Shown: positions 40,959 through 51,105, counted from the first letter of the stretch. The stretch: 64,000 bases of DNA from Sedimentisphaerales bacterium (GCA_963666285.1 OY762711.1); one strand, 5' to 3'. Numbers and translations are program-made. Notes: generated by a model not told the origin, from the sequence alone.

Positions 40959-40968
40959 AAGGCAAATA

Positions 40969-41184
40969 ATGCAACTTCCAAAGAACGGACTTCCCAAAGT
41001 TATCACTGGCATAATCTGTTTTACAGTAATCCTTGCAGGCAGTAACCACATTGCAACATTTCTGCGAGCAATAGCAAACCCTGGACGTTCCGGGGGCAGA
41101 CCAGAAGATATCCTTATTGGTGGGATGTTGCTATCAATAGGTTTGATAGCGTTAGTCGGTATTTACAAACTATTTTCAAAATAA
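40969..41184 (+). CDS. Small two-TM membrane protein
   Basis: Two hydrophobic segments; ends KLFSK like the preceding ORF. Confidence 0.65.
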   Translation: MQLPKNGLPKVITGIICFTVILAGSNHIATFLRAIANPGRSGGRPEDILIGGMLLSIGLIALVGIYKLFSK

Positions 41185-41197
41185 AGGAAACATACAA

Positions 41198-42286
41198 ATG
41201 GACAATTACACAGCATTTTCTCACATCGGTGGTCGTAATGACCAGCAAGATAATTTTTTAACATTCTCGGACAATTACCGTACATGCATTGCCGTTATGG
41301 ACGGAGCAGGTGGCCATAGTAATGGTGCATTAGCGAGCCAAACAGTAAAAGAGGTAATTGAAGCTAGTCTAAATGAAATGCCGCATGATATTACCCCAAA
41401 TGAAATAGCAAGTAATCTGGTCAGTATTGTTGAGCTGGCAAATGATACGCTTATACAGATGAAAGAAAAAGGCACTACTATGGCAACCACTCTTGCAATG
41501 GCATACATTCAAAATGATTTAACTTTCATAGTTTGGGTTGGTGACAGCAAGGTTTATCTGAGACGAAATAATAAACTATTTTGCCTTACTGTTGACCATA
41601 GCCAGGTAAGTGAATTTGTCATAAAAAGAATGATAAGCAAAGGAGATGTTCAATCCCACCCGCAAAAGAACATTCTAACCAGAGCAATCGGTGCAAGAAA
41701 TGCCGAACCTGATGGCATTTGTTTTGCCATTCAGGAAGATGATGAACTGCTATTAACCAGCGATGGTGTAGATGATGTATTCAGTGAAAGTGATATTGAA
41801 TCAATCTTATCCAAAACTAAAGAATCGGACAAAGCCAAAGCATTAGTTGAAGAAGCAGTTAATGTAGGGCCAAAAGATAATATAACAGTTATACATTATC
41901 AGCATAAGCCTGATTCTACCCAACCGGTTAACAATTGCTATTCTGGGCAAGCTGCAAGATTGGCTGAAGTTGATGTTAAAAGTAGTGATTCAGAACACCA
42001 AATTGATGTATTTGGTAATTTCGGTTTTGAAAGCAGTCATAATCTTGTTGGTAATATAATTACAATTGGTCGTGATGCTCGTAATCAAATATCAATTCCT
42101 GGTGATCCATATATGAACCTCAAGCATATTGGATTGGAAAAGGATGGTGATGGTTATGTCGTAACCGACCTTAACAGCTTTAACGGTTGTTATGTAAAGC
42201 TGACAGAACCAACCAGGCTCATCCCTCCATTTGAACTTATCATTGGTTCTCGTCGTCTATGTATATCTTCAACGCAGGAGAAATAA
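41198..42286 (+). CDS. PP2C Ser/Thr phosphatase + FHA domain
   Basis: R.DQQD, DGAGGH, VGDS, LTSDG, KDNIT; FHA IGRD...H...DLNSFNG. Confidence 0.92.
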   Translation: MDNYTAFSHIGGRNDQQDNFLTFSDNYRTCIAVMDGAGGHSNGALASQTVKEVIEASLNEMPHDITPNEIASNLVSIVELANDTLIQMKEKGTTMATTLAMAYIQNDLTFIVWVGDSKVYLRRNNKLFCLTVDHSQVSEFVIKRMISKGDVQSHPQKNILTRAIGARNAEPDGICFAIQEDDELLLTSDGVDDVFSESDIESILSKTKESDKAKALVEEAVNVGPKDNITVIHYQHKPDSTQPVNNCYSGQAARLAEVDVKSSDSEHQIDVFGNFGFESSHNLVGNIITIGRDARNQISIPGDPYMNLKHIGLEKDGDGYVVTDLNSFNGCYVKLTEPTRLIPPFELIIGSRRLCISSTQEK

Positions 42287-42288
42287 CA

Positions 42289-43446
42289 ATGAAAAAAGGG
42301 CAAATAATATTTAATAAACATGAAGTGCTTGATTTCATTGGCGAAGGTGGACAAGGAATTACCGCTGTTGGGCTTAACCATGATACAGGTAAAAGAGTCC
42401 TTGTCAAAGCCTTAAAATATGAATCACTAAGCAACCCCATTGCTTTAGAAAGGTTTCAGCGTGAAGGTGCAGTTCGTATCAATAACCCTTACATTGTAAG
42501 CCCCATTGAAGCGGACAGTAATTATATCATTTTCCCGTACATTGATGCCTTAAACATTGTGGATTTGATGCAAACTGGAGAATGGCTACCAAAACCTAAA
42601 GATATACTCACGATACTAATAAAATCTTGTTTAGGACTTCAATGCCTTCATGACCATAATATAATTCATCGTGATATTAAGCCAGGTAACATCTTATATT
42701 CACCTGAGAATGATGTTGTTGTTCTAATTGATCTTGGTATTGCACAGTTCATAGATGATCCAAGAATAACGCAAAGTTGTCATAATATTGCAACACCACT
42801 TTATGCATCTCCTGAACAGTTAACAAACCCTTTAAGTGTTGATCCTCGGTCAGACATATTTTCACTTGGCGTTACTGCTTATGAAATTGCAACGGGCATG
42901 CCAGCGTTTGCTGCATCGACAGTTGATGAGATCGCTAGTAAGGTTTTGTATGAAAACCCTGACCCTATCAAGGTAATCACTCCTCAATTGCCAGAGTTTA
43001 TTGCAGATGCAATTGAAAAAATGATGGCAAAGAATCCTGATGATCGTTTCCAAAGCACAAGCGAAGTAATTGATTTTCTAAGTGATACGGATATATACCA
43101 CTGCCTTGCTTGTGGTAAGAAAAGCGGATTTCGTTCGTGTAGTATCTGTGGCAGAAATTACATAGCAGAAAAGCTATTGATAGTCACACCCGACAATAGA
43201 AGACGAACATATAGCATTCCTATGGGTGATTTCTTTGTAGGCAGAAAACAGTTAGCAAACTATGAATACGTATCAAGTGACCATTGCAGGTTTAGTGTTG
43301 ATAATAGTGGTATTATCAAAATCAGTGATAACCAGTCAACCAATAAAACTTATGTAAACCGAAAGTTTGCAGGTCAACCAATACATATAACTCATAACGA
43401 TATTATTGAAATTTCAAATTTAACAGCATTTATTTTAAGTGCCTAA
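42289..43446 (+). CDS. Ser/Thr protein kinase + zinc ribbon + FHA domain
   Basis: GEGGQG, VK, HRDIKPGN, DLG, YASPE, SDIFSLG; CLACG..CSICG; VGR...S..H...STN. Confidence 0.93.
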   Translation: MKKGQIIFNKHEVLDFIGEGGQGITAVGLNHDTGKRVLVKALKYESLSNPIALERFQREGAVRINNPYIVSPIEADSNYIIFPYIDALNIVDLMQTGEWLPKPKDILTILIKSCLGLQCLHDHNIIHRDIKPGNILYSPENDVVVLIDLGIAQFIDDPRITQSCHNIATPLYASPEQLTNPLSVDPRSDIFSLGVTAYEIATGMPAFAASTVDEIASKVLYENPDPIKVITPQLPEFIADAIEKMMAKNPDDRFQSTSEVIDFLSDTDIYHCLACGKKSGFRSCSICGRNYIAEKLLIVTPDNRRRTYSIPMGDFFVGRKQLANYEYVSSDHCRFSVDNSGIIKISDNQSTNKTYVNRKFAGQPIHITHNDIIEISNLTAFILSA

Positions 43447-43476
43447 ATCATTAACCACTCATATAGGAGATAAATT

Positions 43477-44178
43477 ATGAGTAATAACAAAAATTATGAC
43501 GGTATTAGTACAATTCAAGAGCAAGACCTTCTGTCTCGTCAGAAAAGCCAGGGGCATGTTGATACTTCTATCCTGGACACTATCACTGAAAAGAATGTGT
43601 CAGTGCCAATGATAGGCAGGACAATATACTGCATTGATACTTCCAGCAGCATGAAGTGGAAGTGTGGACAGCATACAAAAATAGATTCTGTAAGTTATGC
43701 TCTGATATCCAGCTTTGGTATAGCTGCAAGATCAATGCCTGGGAATGAAGTGGCTTTGATTACTTTTGATTCATATTCAAAGACAGTATGTGGTTTTGTC
43801 AATATCGAACAAGGTTATCAACAGTTAGTCAAAACTGCAAAAAGTATGACAGCACAAGGTGGCACTAGCATACCAAATGCCCTTCAGACAGCACTTGATT
43901 TATTTGGGAATAATATATCATCTAATGACACCTTAATCTTAATGAGTGATGGTCAAGGTGGTAATGGTGTTCCATTGGCTAATGAACTTAAAGGGCATGG
44001 AGTTACTATTAAAGTAGTCGGTTTTGGTGGTGATAATGCTAACCTTGATGAAGCTATGTTAAAGAAAATGGCATCTGTGCAGGACGGCAAAGTTCTTTAT
44101 GAATTTGCATCTAACCGAAACAGTCTGACAAAGACTTTTGCTGATTATACTAAAGCAGATGTTACTAAAGTATTGTGA
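43477..44178 (+). CDS. vWA-domain protein
   Basis: MIDAS DTSSSM, GGT, LMSDG. Confidence 0.9.
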   Translation: MSNNKNYDGISTIQEQDLLSRQKSQGHVDTSILDTITEKNVSVPMIGRTIYCIDTSSSMKWKCGQHTKIDSVSYALISSFGIAARSMPGNEVALITFDSYSKTVCGFVNIEQGYQQLVKTAKSMTAQGGTSIPNALQTALDLFGNNISSNDTLILMSDGQGGNGVPLANELKGHGVTIKVVGFGGDNANLDEAMLKKMASVQDGKVLYEFASNRNSLTKTFADYTKADVTKVL

Positions 44179-44184
44179 TGGAGA

Positions 44185-44412
44185 ATGGTAATGAATTCTA
44201 TTGATACACTTGATTTTATAATAAAGACTTTTTTCTGGTTGATGAATTTGTTTTTGATAACGGTAATGGTTCTTCATATATATTCATCAGTCTTTGGCGG
44301 AATTAATCTGCTAAATAGATTTAGCATAAAAAAATTCATTCCATCTAATAAATTATTCAATGCTCCAAAAGACTCTAATCAGAAGTCTGGAGAAATATAC
44401 TTTAATGATTAA
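44185..44412 (+). CDS. Small single-TM hypothetical protein
   Basis: GGAG ribosome site; hydrophobic segment. Confidence 0.5.
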   Translation: MVMNSIDTLDFIIKTFFWLMNLFLITVMVLHIYSSVFGGINLLNRFSIKKFIPSNKLFNAPKDSNQKSGEIYFND

Positions 44413-44421
44413 ATCTGATTT

Positions 44422-44460
44422 AGTCGGACACTTTCAATTGCTGGGGGGTGTCCGGCTTTT
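44422..44460 (+). terminator. Intrinsic terminator between the signalling operon and xis/int
   Basis: AGTCGGACAC...GTGTCCGGCT followed by TTT. Confidence 0.6.
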
Positions 44461-44467
44461 AAATAAA

Positions 44468-44725
44468 ATGACTATGGAAAATATACCAAATACATCCGAT
44501 AGTGATTGGCCTAAAAGACCTGTTTCATTCCCAAGTCTTATGACACCAATTGAAGCTGCTATGTATCTAAGATTAGATGAACTTGGATACACTCCAAAAG
44601 CAGCTAAGCGTACTCTAAAATATTGGCGTGATCAGTACATGTTAAAGGCAACAAAGTACGCAAGGCATGTATGGTTTTTGAAGGATGAGTTAGATAATTT
44701 CTTAAAAGAGAGGACAGAAAAATGA
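44468..44725 (+). CDS. Excisionase-like HTH protein
   Basis: LMTPIEAAMYL...TLKYWR....L.A......VWF..DELDNFL; directly upstream of the integrase. Confidence 0.8.
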   Translation: MTMENIPNTSDSDWPKRPVSFPSLMTPIEAAMYLRLDELGYTPKAAKRTLKYWRDQYMLKATKYARHVWFLKDELDNFLKERTEK

Positions 44726-44812
44726 GCAAAGATTTATCTTGCTATTTGTCTATTTTTGATCAAAGATGGACACGTCAGTCGCTACTGGTCAACCCCGGAA
44801 AGGAGTTTCCCA

Positions 44813-46021
44813 ATGGCAACAATTAAAGTAGGCGTATATCGTAAATGGCTTGAGCCAGTACCTAATGACGCTGACGGCAACCCAATGCCTAAAGAATTAT
44901 GGAATAAAAACAGACGCCATAACTGGGCAGTAAGATGGGTAGGCAATAATGGTAAGCGTTACGGTAAAATTTTCAAGACCAAACGTGAGGCAGAAAGATT
45001 TGCCCATTTGACACAGGAAAAAGTCAATAAAGGCAAAGCTGACAGGCCAAAGAATATCACAATTAAAGATTTTCGAATTGAACATGAAAAAATATTGAAA
45101 GGCCAAGTTTCACAATCCTCTTATATAGAGCATCGATATACCTTAAGGCTCTTTGAGAATTTTATAGGAGAAACTAAATTATTAGATAAGATTCATACTT
45201 GTGATGCAGAAGCATTTATTGCTGACAAGTTAGCTAGTAAAAAATTTGCTTATGCAACAATCAATAAGTATCACAGAACTCTTAAGGCAATATTCAATCG
45301 AGCAATTGATAGAGAATATATTGATGAAGGCACTAATCCTTTTGTTAAGATCAAACCACGAAAGGTTACTGCTACCCCTAATCATTATGTTACGGTAAAG
45401 GAATTTTTAGCTCTTCTTGATTCTGCAAAAAATAAATTGTGGTGGAAAACTTTTATTTCTATCGCATATAGTAGCGGTCTTAGAAGAAATGAAATTGTTC
45501 ACCTAACATGGAAACATGTCGATTTTGTTAATCAGCGTATCGAAGTATCAGCTAGAAAAGGCTCAGATAACATAATCCCGTGGGAGCCAAAAGGTAGGAC
45601 CAACCGTATTGTCCCTGTTTCTGAGGACGCTCTAAAATTATTGATTGATATGCAGGTAAATACACCAGAAGGCCATCCTTATATATTTATTTCCCCCAAA
45701 CGCCTGAAACGGGTTTTGGAACGAATTGATGAGGGTAGCTGGCACGACAGAATTGAAGTAATAAATGGTATGAGCCGAGATTTTGAGGTTATTAGGGAAA
45801 ACGCTAGAGTTACCAAGTGTACCCTCCATGATCTTCGCAGAAGTGCCATAACAAATTGGGCTGATAAACTACCTTTTCAAACAGTCCACAAGCTGGCTGG
45901 CCATAAAAGTGTAAAAACTACTATGGATTTTTATCTATCTGTCCGCCAAGAAGATTATCAAAAAGCTAATAATATTTTGAACGAGATGATCGAGGCGGAA
46001 TTCCAAGTGACACCAAATTGA
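44813..46021 (+). CDS. Tyrosine integrase
   Basis: AAGGAG + ATG at 44813; SGLRRNEI, HDLRRS, LAGH, FY. Confidence 0.95.
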   Translation: MATIKVGVYRKWLEPVPNDADGNPMPKELWNKNRRHNWAVRWVGNNGKRYGKIFKTKREAERFAHLTQEKVNKGKADRPKNITIKDFRIEHEKILKGQVSQSSYIEHRYTLRLFENFIGETKLLDKIHTCDAEAFIADKLASKKFAYATINKYHRTLKAIFNRAIDREYIDEGTNPFVKIKPRKVTATPNHYVTVKEFLALLDSAKNKLWWKTFISIAYSSGLRRNEIVHLTWKHVDFVNQRIEVSARKGSDNIIPWEPKGRTNRIVPVSEDALKLLIDMQVNTPEGHPYIFISPKRLKRVLERIDEGSWHDRIEVINGMSRDFEVIRENARVTKCTLHDLRRSAITNWADKLPFQTVHKLAGHKSVKTTMDFYLSVRQEDYQKANNILNEMIEAEFQVTPN

Positions 46022-46057
46022 CACCATCGGCCTTTTTTGAGGCTTGGCAGAAAAAGA

Positions 46058-46090
46058 AAAGCCTCGTAAGTCTTTGACTTACAAGGCTTT
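46058..46090. terminator. Hairpin between the integrase and the tRNA (att-proximal)
   Basis: AAAGCCTCGTAAGTC-TTT-GACTTACAAGGCTTT. Confidence 0.7.
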
Positions 46091-46096
46091 ATTAAG

Positions 46097-46169
46097 TACG
46101 CCATTTAGGACTTGAACCTAAAACCCACGGATTAAGAGTCCGTTGCTCTACCAATTGAGCTAATGGCGC
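46097..46169 (-). tRNA. tRNA-Lys(CTT)
   Basis: GCGCCATTAGCTCAATTGGTAGAGCAACGGACTCTTAATCCGTGGGTTTTAGGTTCAAGTCCTAAATGGCGTA; full cloverleaf; CCA not encoded. Confidence 0.97.
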
Positions 46170-46334
46170 AGGTCATTCTCTATAACGTAAGAGAGCAACG
46201 TATTTTATATAAATTATGACTTATAGCAAGTCTTTTTTTATAAAAATATTATAGCAATTATATATCGTGCATAACTTAAAATCAGTCTGTTGATAAAGCT
46301 GATACTGAATTACAATAACAGATACCAGCAAAAT

Positions 46335-46366
46335 CAGCCCGGAAGCTGTGGTTAACACCCGGGCTG
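46335..46366 (-). terminator. rpsT terminator
   Basis: CAGCCCGG...CCGGGCTG stem. Confidence 0.55.
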
Positions 46367-46400
46367 TTGTTTATCAATTAAGCTATGTAATAGCAATAAT

Positions 46401-46676
46401 TTACTTACTTTTTGCCAGAACTTCGTTGCGTTTACGAGCTAATTGAGCTTTTTTACGAGATACTGTATTTTTATGAATAGTACCTTCGGCTGCCAGTTTA
46501 TCCAGCTTCTTCTGGGTAATACGATATTCCTTCTCAATAGCCTCAACATCACCGCTTCTCAGAAGCAAATCAAAACTCTTTAACTGAGTCCTGACCGCAC
46601 TTTTTTTAGCACGGTTTCGCAAACGCCTTGTTTCGTTTTGGCGAATTCTTTTTTTAGCCGATAGTGAATGAGCCAC
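46401..46676 (-). CDS. rpsT: 30S ribosomal protein S20
   Basis: AHSLSAKKRIRQN...IHKNTVSRKK; GTG start with AAGGAG. Confidence 0.97.
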   Translation of the reverse strand: MAHSLSAKKRIRQNETRRLRNRAKKSAVRTQLKSFDLLLRSGDVEAIEKEYRITQKKLDKLAAEGTIHKNTVSRKKAQLARKRNEVLAKSK

Positions 46677-46989
46677 TATGCAACTCCTTGTGTAAAAAGA
46701 TGTTAACAATTATCATTATAAATACACTTCCCTCTGGGCAATCCAGAGAACAGCAAATTATATCAGGTATTGCATAAATTGCACGTAAAAAATATAAAAA
46801 TATTGCTGACAATTCTTTATGACTTATAACAATTGACACTTTCGTCAAGACTGATATAATTATCAAAATAGCTTGGGAATACCGTGCCCTGCTCAGGCAT
46901 AGCATCCCCGAATTATCGAACCATACCTGCTAAAATTACTATAACACAAACCGCAAAACACATACAAGGGACTGAAGTCGCGAAAGGAA

Positions 46990-49900
46990 TTGTTAATGCT
47001 CGTTAAGAAATTTTTCACTCCCCAATTATTACTTACTGCCTTTTTCACCTTTTTAGCCATCACCAGCTCTTCATATGCCGGCAGAAACCTGGTAACAATA
47101 GAAACCAGTCTTGGAGACATCACTGTCGAACTTTATCAGGATGCCGCTCCAGTTACTGTAGAAAACTTTCTAGGATATGTCGACAGCGGTTTTTATGACG
47201 GCTTGATTTTTCACCGCGTTATTGAAGATTTCATGGCACAAACCGGTGCCTACGACCCAAACTTGTACGATATTGACTTTTCGGTTTATACCGAAGATGA
47301 ACCTTTTGACCTGCAGGACCCAAATACCTACCGGGAACCCGGTGACCCTATCGAACTGGAAACTGATGCCGGCCTAAGCAATTTGCGAGGTACTATCGCC
47401 ATGGCACGCACCAGCGATGTTGATTCTGCTACCAGCCAATTCTTCATTAATTTTGTTGATAACACATATCTTGATCCCGGAAGCAGTTCTGATGGATACG
47501 CAGTTTTTGGTATTGTTGTCGATGGACTGGATATTGTTGATTCGATGAATGGAGTAGAAAACATCGCTGACCCTGACGACGATGTAAACACAACAGAATA
47601 CGATCATATTACCGGATATTTCAATGATATACCTGCCGATCCGATTACTATCACCAGGGTCTACAGGGTACAGGATTTTGAAGATGATTCCAGCTCAGAC
47701 TTTGAAGATGTTGACTTTCTTAATGTCGCAGATGGCGGAATAAGAACTTTTGTTGGTGCTGGTGACAATGAAGGCGATATCTGGAGCTACGAGTTTAATG
47801 AAGAAGAATATCTCGGCATAAACTGCCTCAAATGGCACCATAATGCTCAAGATACCAGTATCCCGGACAAAACATATTATATGGCTCGTGACACTGATGG
47901 TGAAATTTTTATCCTTAAAGAACTTAAAGACGAAGGTTCCGACTCCGAACAAACTCTTTATGAAGCTGACGACCTGCTGGATATCAGGCCCATTAGCTAC
48001 TATGCCGAACTGGATATGTATTTCAGATTAATTGCCGGTAGCTACGACGACTCAAATCTGGATTCTGATGACAATACCATTGTACTTGGTTCAGGCGGCA
48101 GTACAGAAACTGAAAAGATTATTGCATTTGACGCTTCCCTGTCTCCAAACTATACCGACGACGATGTTATTATTGTCAAATATTCACGCGGATTGGAAGG
48201 CAGCGAAACCCTGGTTGAATATTATTATTATCATAAAGATGATGGCCTGATTCTTTACCTGCAGGATGAAAACCAGGACTTGACCGGTGATGCATGGTGG
48301 CTCGATCAGAAAATATTTGATTCTGAAAGTATTGATTTCTCTGAAGTCCCCTTCCTGAAACTTGAAAACGACTTCGCCTTTACCAGGTATTTTGTCGCTA
48401 AAGGTGATAGAGACCAGAACTTCTCAACCAGTATCAGCTATCCAACCGACCAGTTCAACGGTGTTAGTTACATTACCTGGATCCAAAATGGCATAACCGA
48501 AGAAGGTATCAGAAACTTTGAAATTCATCTTGCAAAAGATACCAACGATACTGTATGGGTATTTTATTACGAAAATGATTTCCAGGTTATTTTTGAAGCC
48601 GAAACTCTCATTGAAGCGGTTAAACTGGAAACTTTTGCAAATGAAAATATTCACTTCGCCCTGATAGCCGGAGCGTACAACCCTGATGACATCGACGATT
48701 CTTCCAATACCGTAAGCAGGGTCGAAAATACTATAACTGTAAATGAAAAAATCATTGCTTTTAACGAAACTCTCGATCATATACCACACTATCAGAATGA
48801 ATTAATTAAGGTCAGACGATGGGAAGGTGATGATACTGATGAAGATGACAATAACATCTGGTACTATCACGAAGACGTTGGTCTCGTGCGTAATTACCGT
48901 GACGGCGAAAGCGATTCGGACGGCAATGGCTGGGAAGTCGCTCACTTTGGCGGACTTTTCAAAAGTGATAGCAATGATTTCAGTGATATCAACTTTATCA
49001 AAGCTACCGTCGATGATGTTAAGCACTATTATGGCAGCAAAGATCTGGAAGATCAGAATTATTCCTACGAATTTACCAGTCTGACATTTGGCGGTATTGC
49101 TGCCCTAAAACTTACATGTGCTCTGGATGACAGTAGCAGCAATGAATTTGAGATTCAGCTTGGTAGAGATAACCTTGATACTGTCTGGGTATTCAGATAC
49201 AAAATTGATGGTGATAACGTATTCTACGCTGGCAGTAGCTCTACCTCATATCTTTATGCCGAACCGCTCAGTAACTTCACCGATGATAACATGTACTTCA
49301 AGCTGATCTCCGGCGACTATGACCCTGATCTGCCTTACGACCCAAATGATGCAGCAACCGAAGTTAATAAAATTGCCTACACTCTCGATAGTGAACAAAT
49401 TACCGAGCAGATTATAAGCTTCAACGCTTCACTTCCGGATGTGCCTTACTATAATGATGATCTGATCCTGGTTGAGTACAATAATGCCACAGATCCTAAC
49501 GATAGCATTAGATGGAAATATTATCATCCCGATGATGGACTTGTCAGGGAAGTTTACGGAGAGACCAACTCCCCTTCAGACTTCGAAAATATCTCTACTT
49601 ACCGACTGGCATGGTCCAGTAAGGCAAAACCTTCATTTGTTACTGATAGTGACGATTTCTCTGAAGTCGATTACCTCTATGCTCAGCCTGGCGATATCAA
49701 ACTTATGGTTGGACAGGGCTACTATGAAGGTGAAAGCTATGTCGTTGAATTTAAACGTTCAAAAATACTTGATACTACCTGTCTGGAAGTCGCCAGCGAT
49801 CTGACTCATATTGAAGACATCAATACAAAAGAATCTTACTATTTTGCCAGGGACCCGGACCTTGAATCACTCTGGATTCTTGCTTATTATGTCAATGACG

Positions 49901-51078
49901 AACCGGTATTCGCGACAAATTATCTGGATCAGGCTGTTCCTTTTGAAAGATGGCCTGACCTTCGCTGGCAGCTATGTGCCGAAACCAAAGAAATCGGTGA
50001 CTCTGTTTCTCACAATGATTTCACCAAAACTTTCATTGCTGAAGAGGTGGAAATACCTCAAAGAGACGATCTCGATGACCAGCTTATACTGCTCAAACAG
50101 ACATACGATCTGGAATCAGACCCTAACCTGGCTGTTACCGGGTACACCTATCTTGAACCTGGTGAAGGTGTCGTCTTGACCCTCTTGGACAGTTTTACTG
50201 ATCCAAATGCTGATGACCCTAACTTTAATGATCCGGATGATATTGAAGTTGAAGATGCTGACGGTTTCTATCAGGCTGAAGAATCTGCTCTTGCCGAACT
50301 GGAAATTTCTATCAAAACATCAAAAAACAGAAACGCTGGCAAAATCTCTGATAAATTCAAATTAACCGGCGAGTTTGACCTGACCGCTTCTGAATTCCTT
50401 GGCCAGCCAATCAGTTTTGTTGTTGGTACCTGGTCAACTACCATAGATACTGAAAGCTCTTCTTTCAAGGAAGTTGCAGACCAGAGATATCGATATACCG
50501 GGACAGTCGGAGATAAAGGCAAAGTCTCTCTTTACCTGGACCTGCGAGAAGACAAAGACTCTTTCACTCTTGAAGCTAAAAATATCGACTTGAGCGGATT
50601 AGCCGAGCCGGTTGAGATTACCATGGTAGCTGGCGGCGAATTATACCAGAATGCTGCAACTGTTATTGGTAATATGCCGGTTTACCAGCTGAATAATACT
50701 TATGATAGCTTCGAAGCTTATAAATATGTCAGAAAATGGAATGAAAAACGTATAAATGATAAGTTAATTATTACCGGCGGTATCACTTCAGATCAAACCA
50801 TTGACCTCACTGATATCGGCGAGCTTACAATCAGCTGGGGAAGCAGTGCCAGTCAGACCCTGGAAGCTGACGCATTCAAACAGTCTGGCAGTAAAAACCG
50901 GTACTATTTAAGAAAATCTGACAGCCCATTAATGCAGCTGGTGATTGATTGGGATAAATCATATTTCAAGGTGAAGTTTATGAAAAATTCCCTTTCAGCT
51001 CCTTCTCAGGATTTGACAATTACGATTACTGATACTGATGACGAAACAATTTTTGATCAAACTACTACCGTGGAATAA
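46990..51078 (+). CDS. Secreted cyclophilin-type PPIase fused to four ~215-aa acidic repeats
   Basis: APVTVENF, FHRVI, AMART, SATSQFFIN, YAVFG; internal repeats. Confidence 0.88.
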   Translation: MLMLVKKFFTPQLLLTAFFTFLAITSSSYAGRNLVTIETSLGDITVELYQDAAPVTVENFLGYVDSGFYDGLIFHRVIEDFMAQTGAYDPNLYDIDFSVYTEDEPFDLQDPNTYREPGDPIELETDAGLSNLRGTIAMARTSDVDSATSQFFINFVDNTYLDPGSSSDGYAVFGIVVDGLDIVDSMNGVENIADPDDDVNTTEYDHITGYFNDIPADPITITRVYRVQDFEDDSSSDFEDVDFLNVADGGIRTFVGAGDNEGDIWSYEFNEEEYLGINCLKWHHNAQDTSIPDKTYYMARDTDGEIFILKELKDEGSDSEQTLYEADDLLDIRPISYYAELDMYFRLIAGSYDDSNLDSDDNTIVLGSGGSTETEKIIAFDASLSPNYTDDDVIIVKYSRGLEGSETLVEYYYYHKDDGLILYLQDENQDLTGDAWWLDQKIFDSESIDFSEVPFLKLENDFAFTRYFVAKGDRDQNFSTSISYPTDQFNGVSYITWIQNGITEEGIRNFEIHLAKDTNDTVWVFYYENDFQVIFEAETLIEAVKLETFANENIHFALIAGAYNPDDIDDSSNTVSRVENTITVNEKIIAFNETLDHIPHYQNELIKVRRWEGDDTDEDDNNIWYYHEDVGLVRNYRDGESDSDGNGWEVAHFGGLFKSDSNDFSDINFIKATVDDVKHYYGSKDLEDQNYSYEFTSLTFGGIAALKLTCALDDSSSNEFEIQLGRDNLDTVWVFRYKIDGDNVFYAGSSSTSYLYAEPLSNFTDDNMYFKLISGDYDPDLPYDPNDAATEVNKIAYTLDSEQITEQIISFNASLPDVPYYNDDLILVEYNNATDPNDSIRWKYYHPDDGLVREVYGETNSPSDFENISTYRLAWSSKAKPSFVTDSDDFSEVDYLYAQPGDIKLMVGQGYYEGESYVVEFKRSKILDTTCLEVASDLTHIEDINTKESYYFARDPDLESLWILAYYVNDEPVFATNYLDQAVPFERWPDLRWQLCAETKEIGDSVSHNDFTKTFIAEEVEIPQRDDLDDQLILLKQTYDLESDPNLAVTGYTYLEPGEGVVLTLLDSFTDPNADDPNFNDPDDIEVEDADGFYQAEESALAELEISIKTSKNRNAGKISDKFKLTGEFDLTASEFLGQPISFVVGTWSTTIDTESSSFKEVADQRYRYTGTVGDKGKVSLYLDLREDKDSFTLEAKNIDLSGLAEPVEITMVAGGELYQNAATVIGNMPVYQLNNTYDSFEAYKYVRKWNEKRINDKLIITGGITSDQTIDLTDIGELTISWGSSASQTLEADAFKQSGSKNRYYLRKSDSPLMQLVIDWDKSYFKVKFMKNSLSAPSQDLTITITDTDDETIFDQTTTVE

Positions 51079-51105
51079 CCTTCCTGGTTGTTTTTCTGTT
51101 AATTT

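Larger units (their letters stand above)
36610..46096. mobile_element. Integrative element/genomic island at the 3' end of tRNA-Lys; left boundary not visible
   Basis: xis-like gene and tyrosine integrase convergent with the tRNA 3' end; HerA/VirB4-like ATPase; XRE regulator. Confidence 0.75.

Noticed and set aside
15993..46096. One 30-kb island bounded by the two tyrosine recombinases
   Set aside because: No tRNA-Lys att duplication near 16 kb, and an archaeal-type block lies between them.
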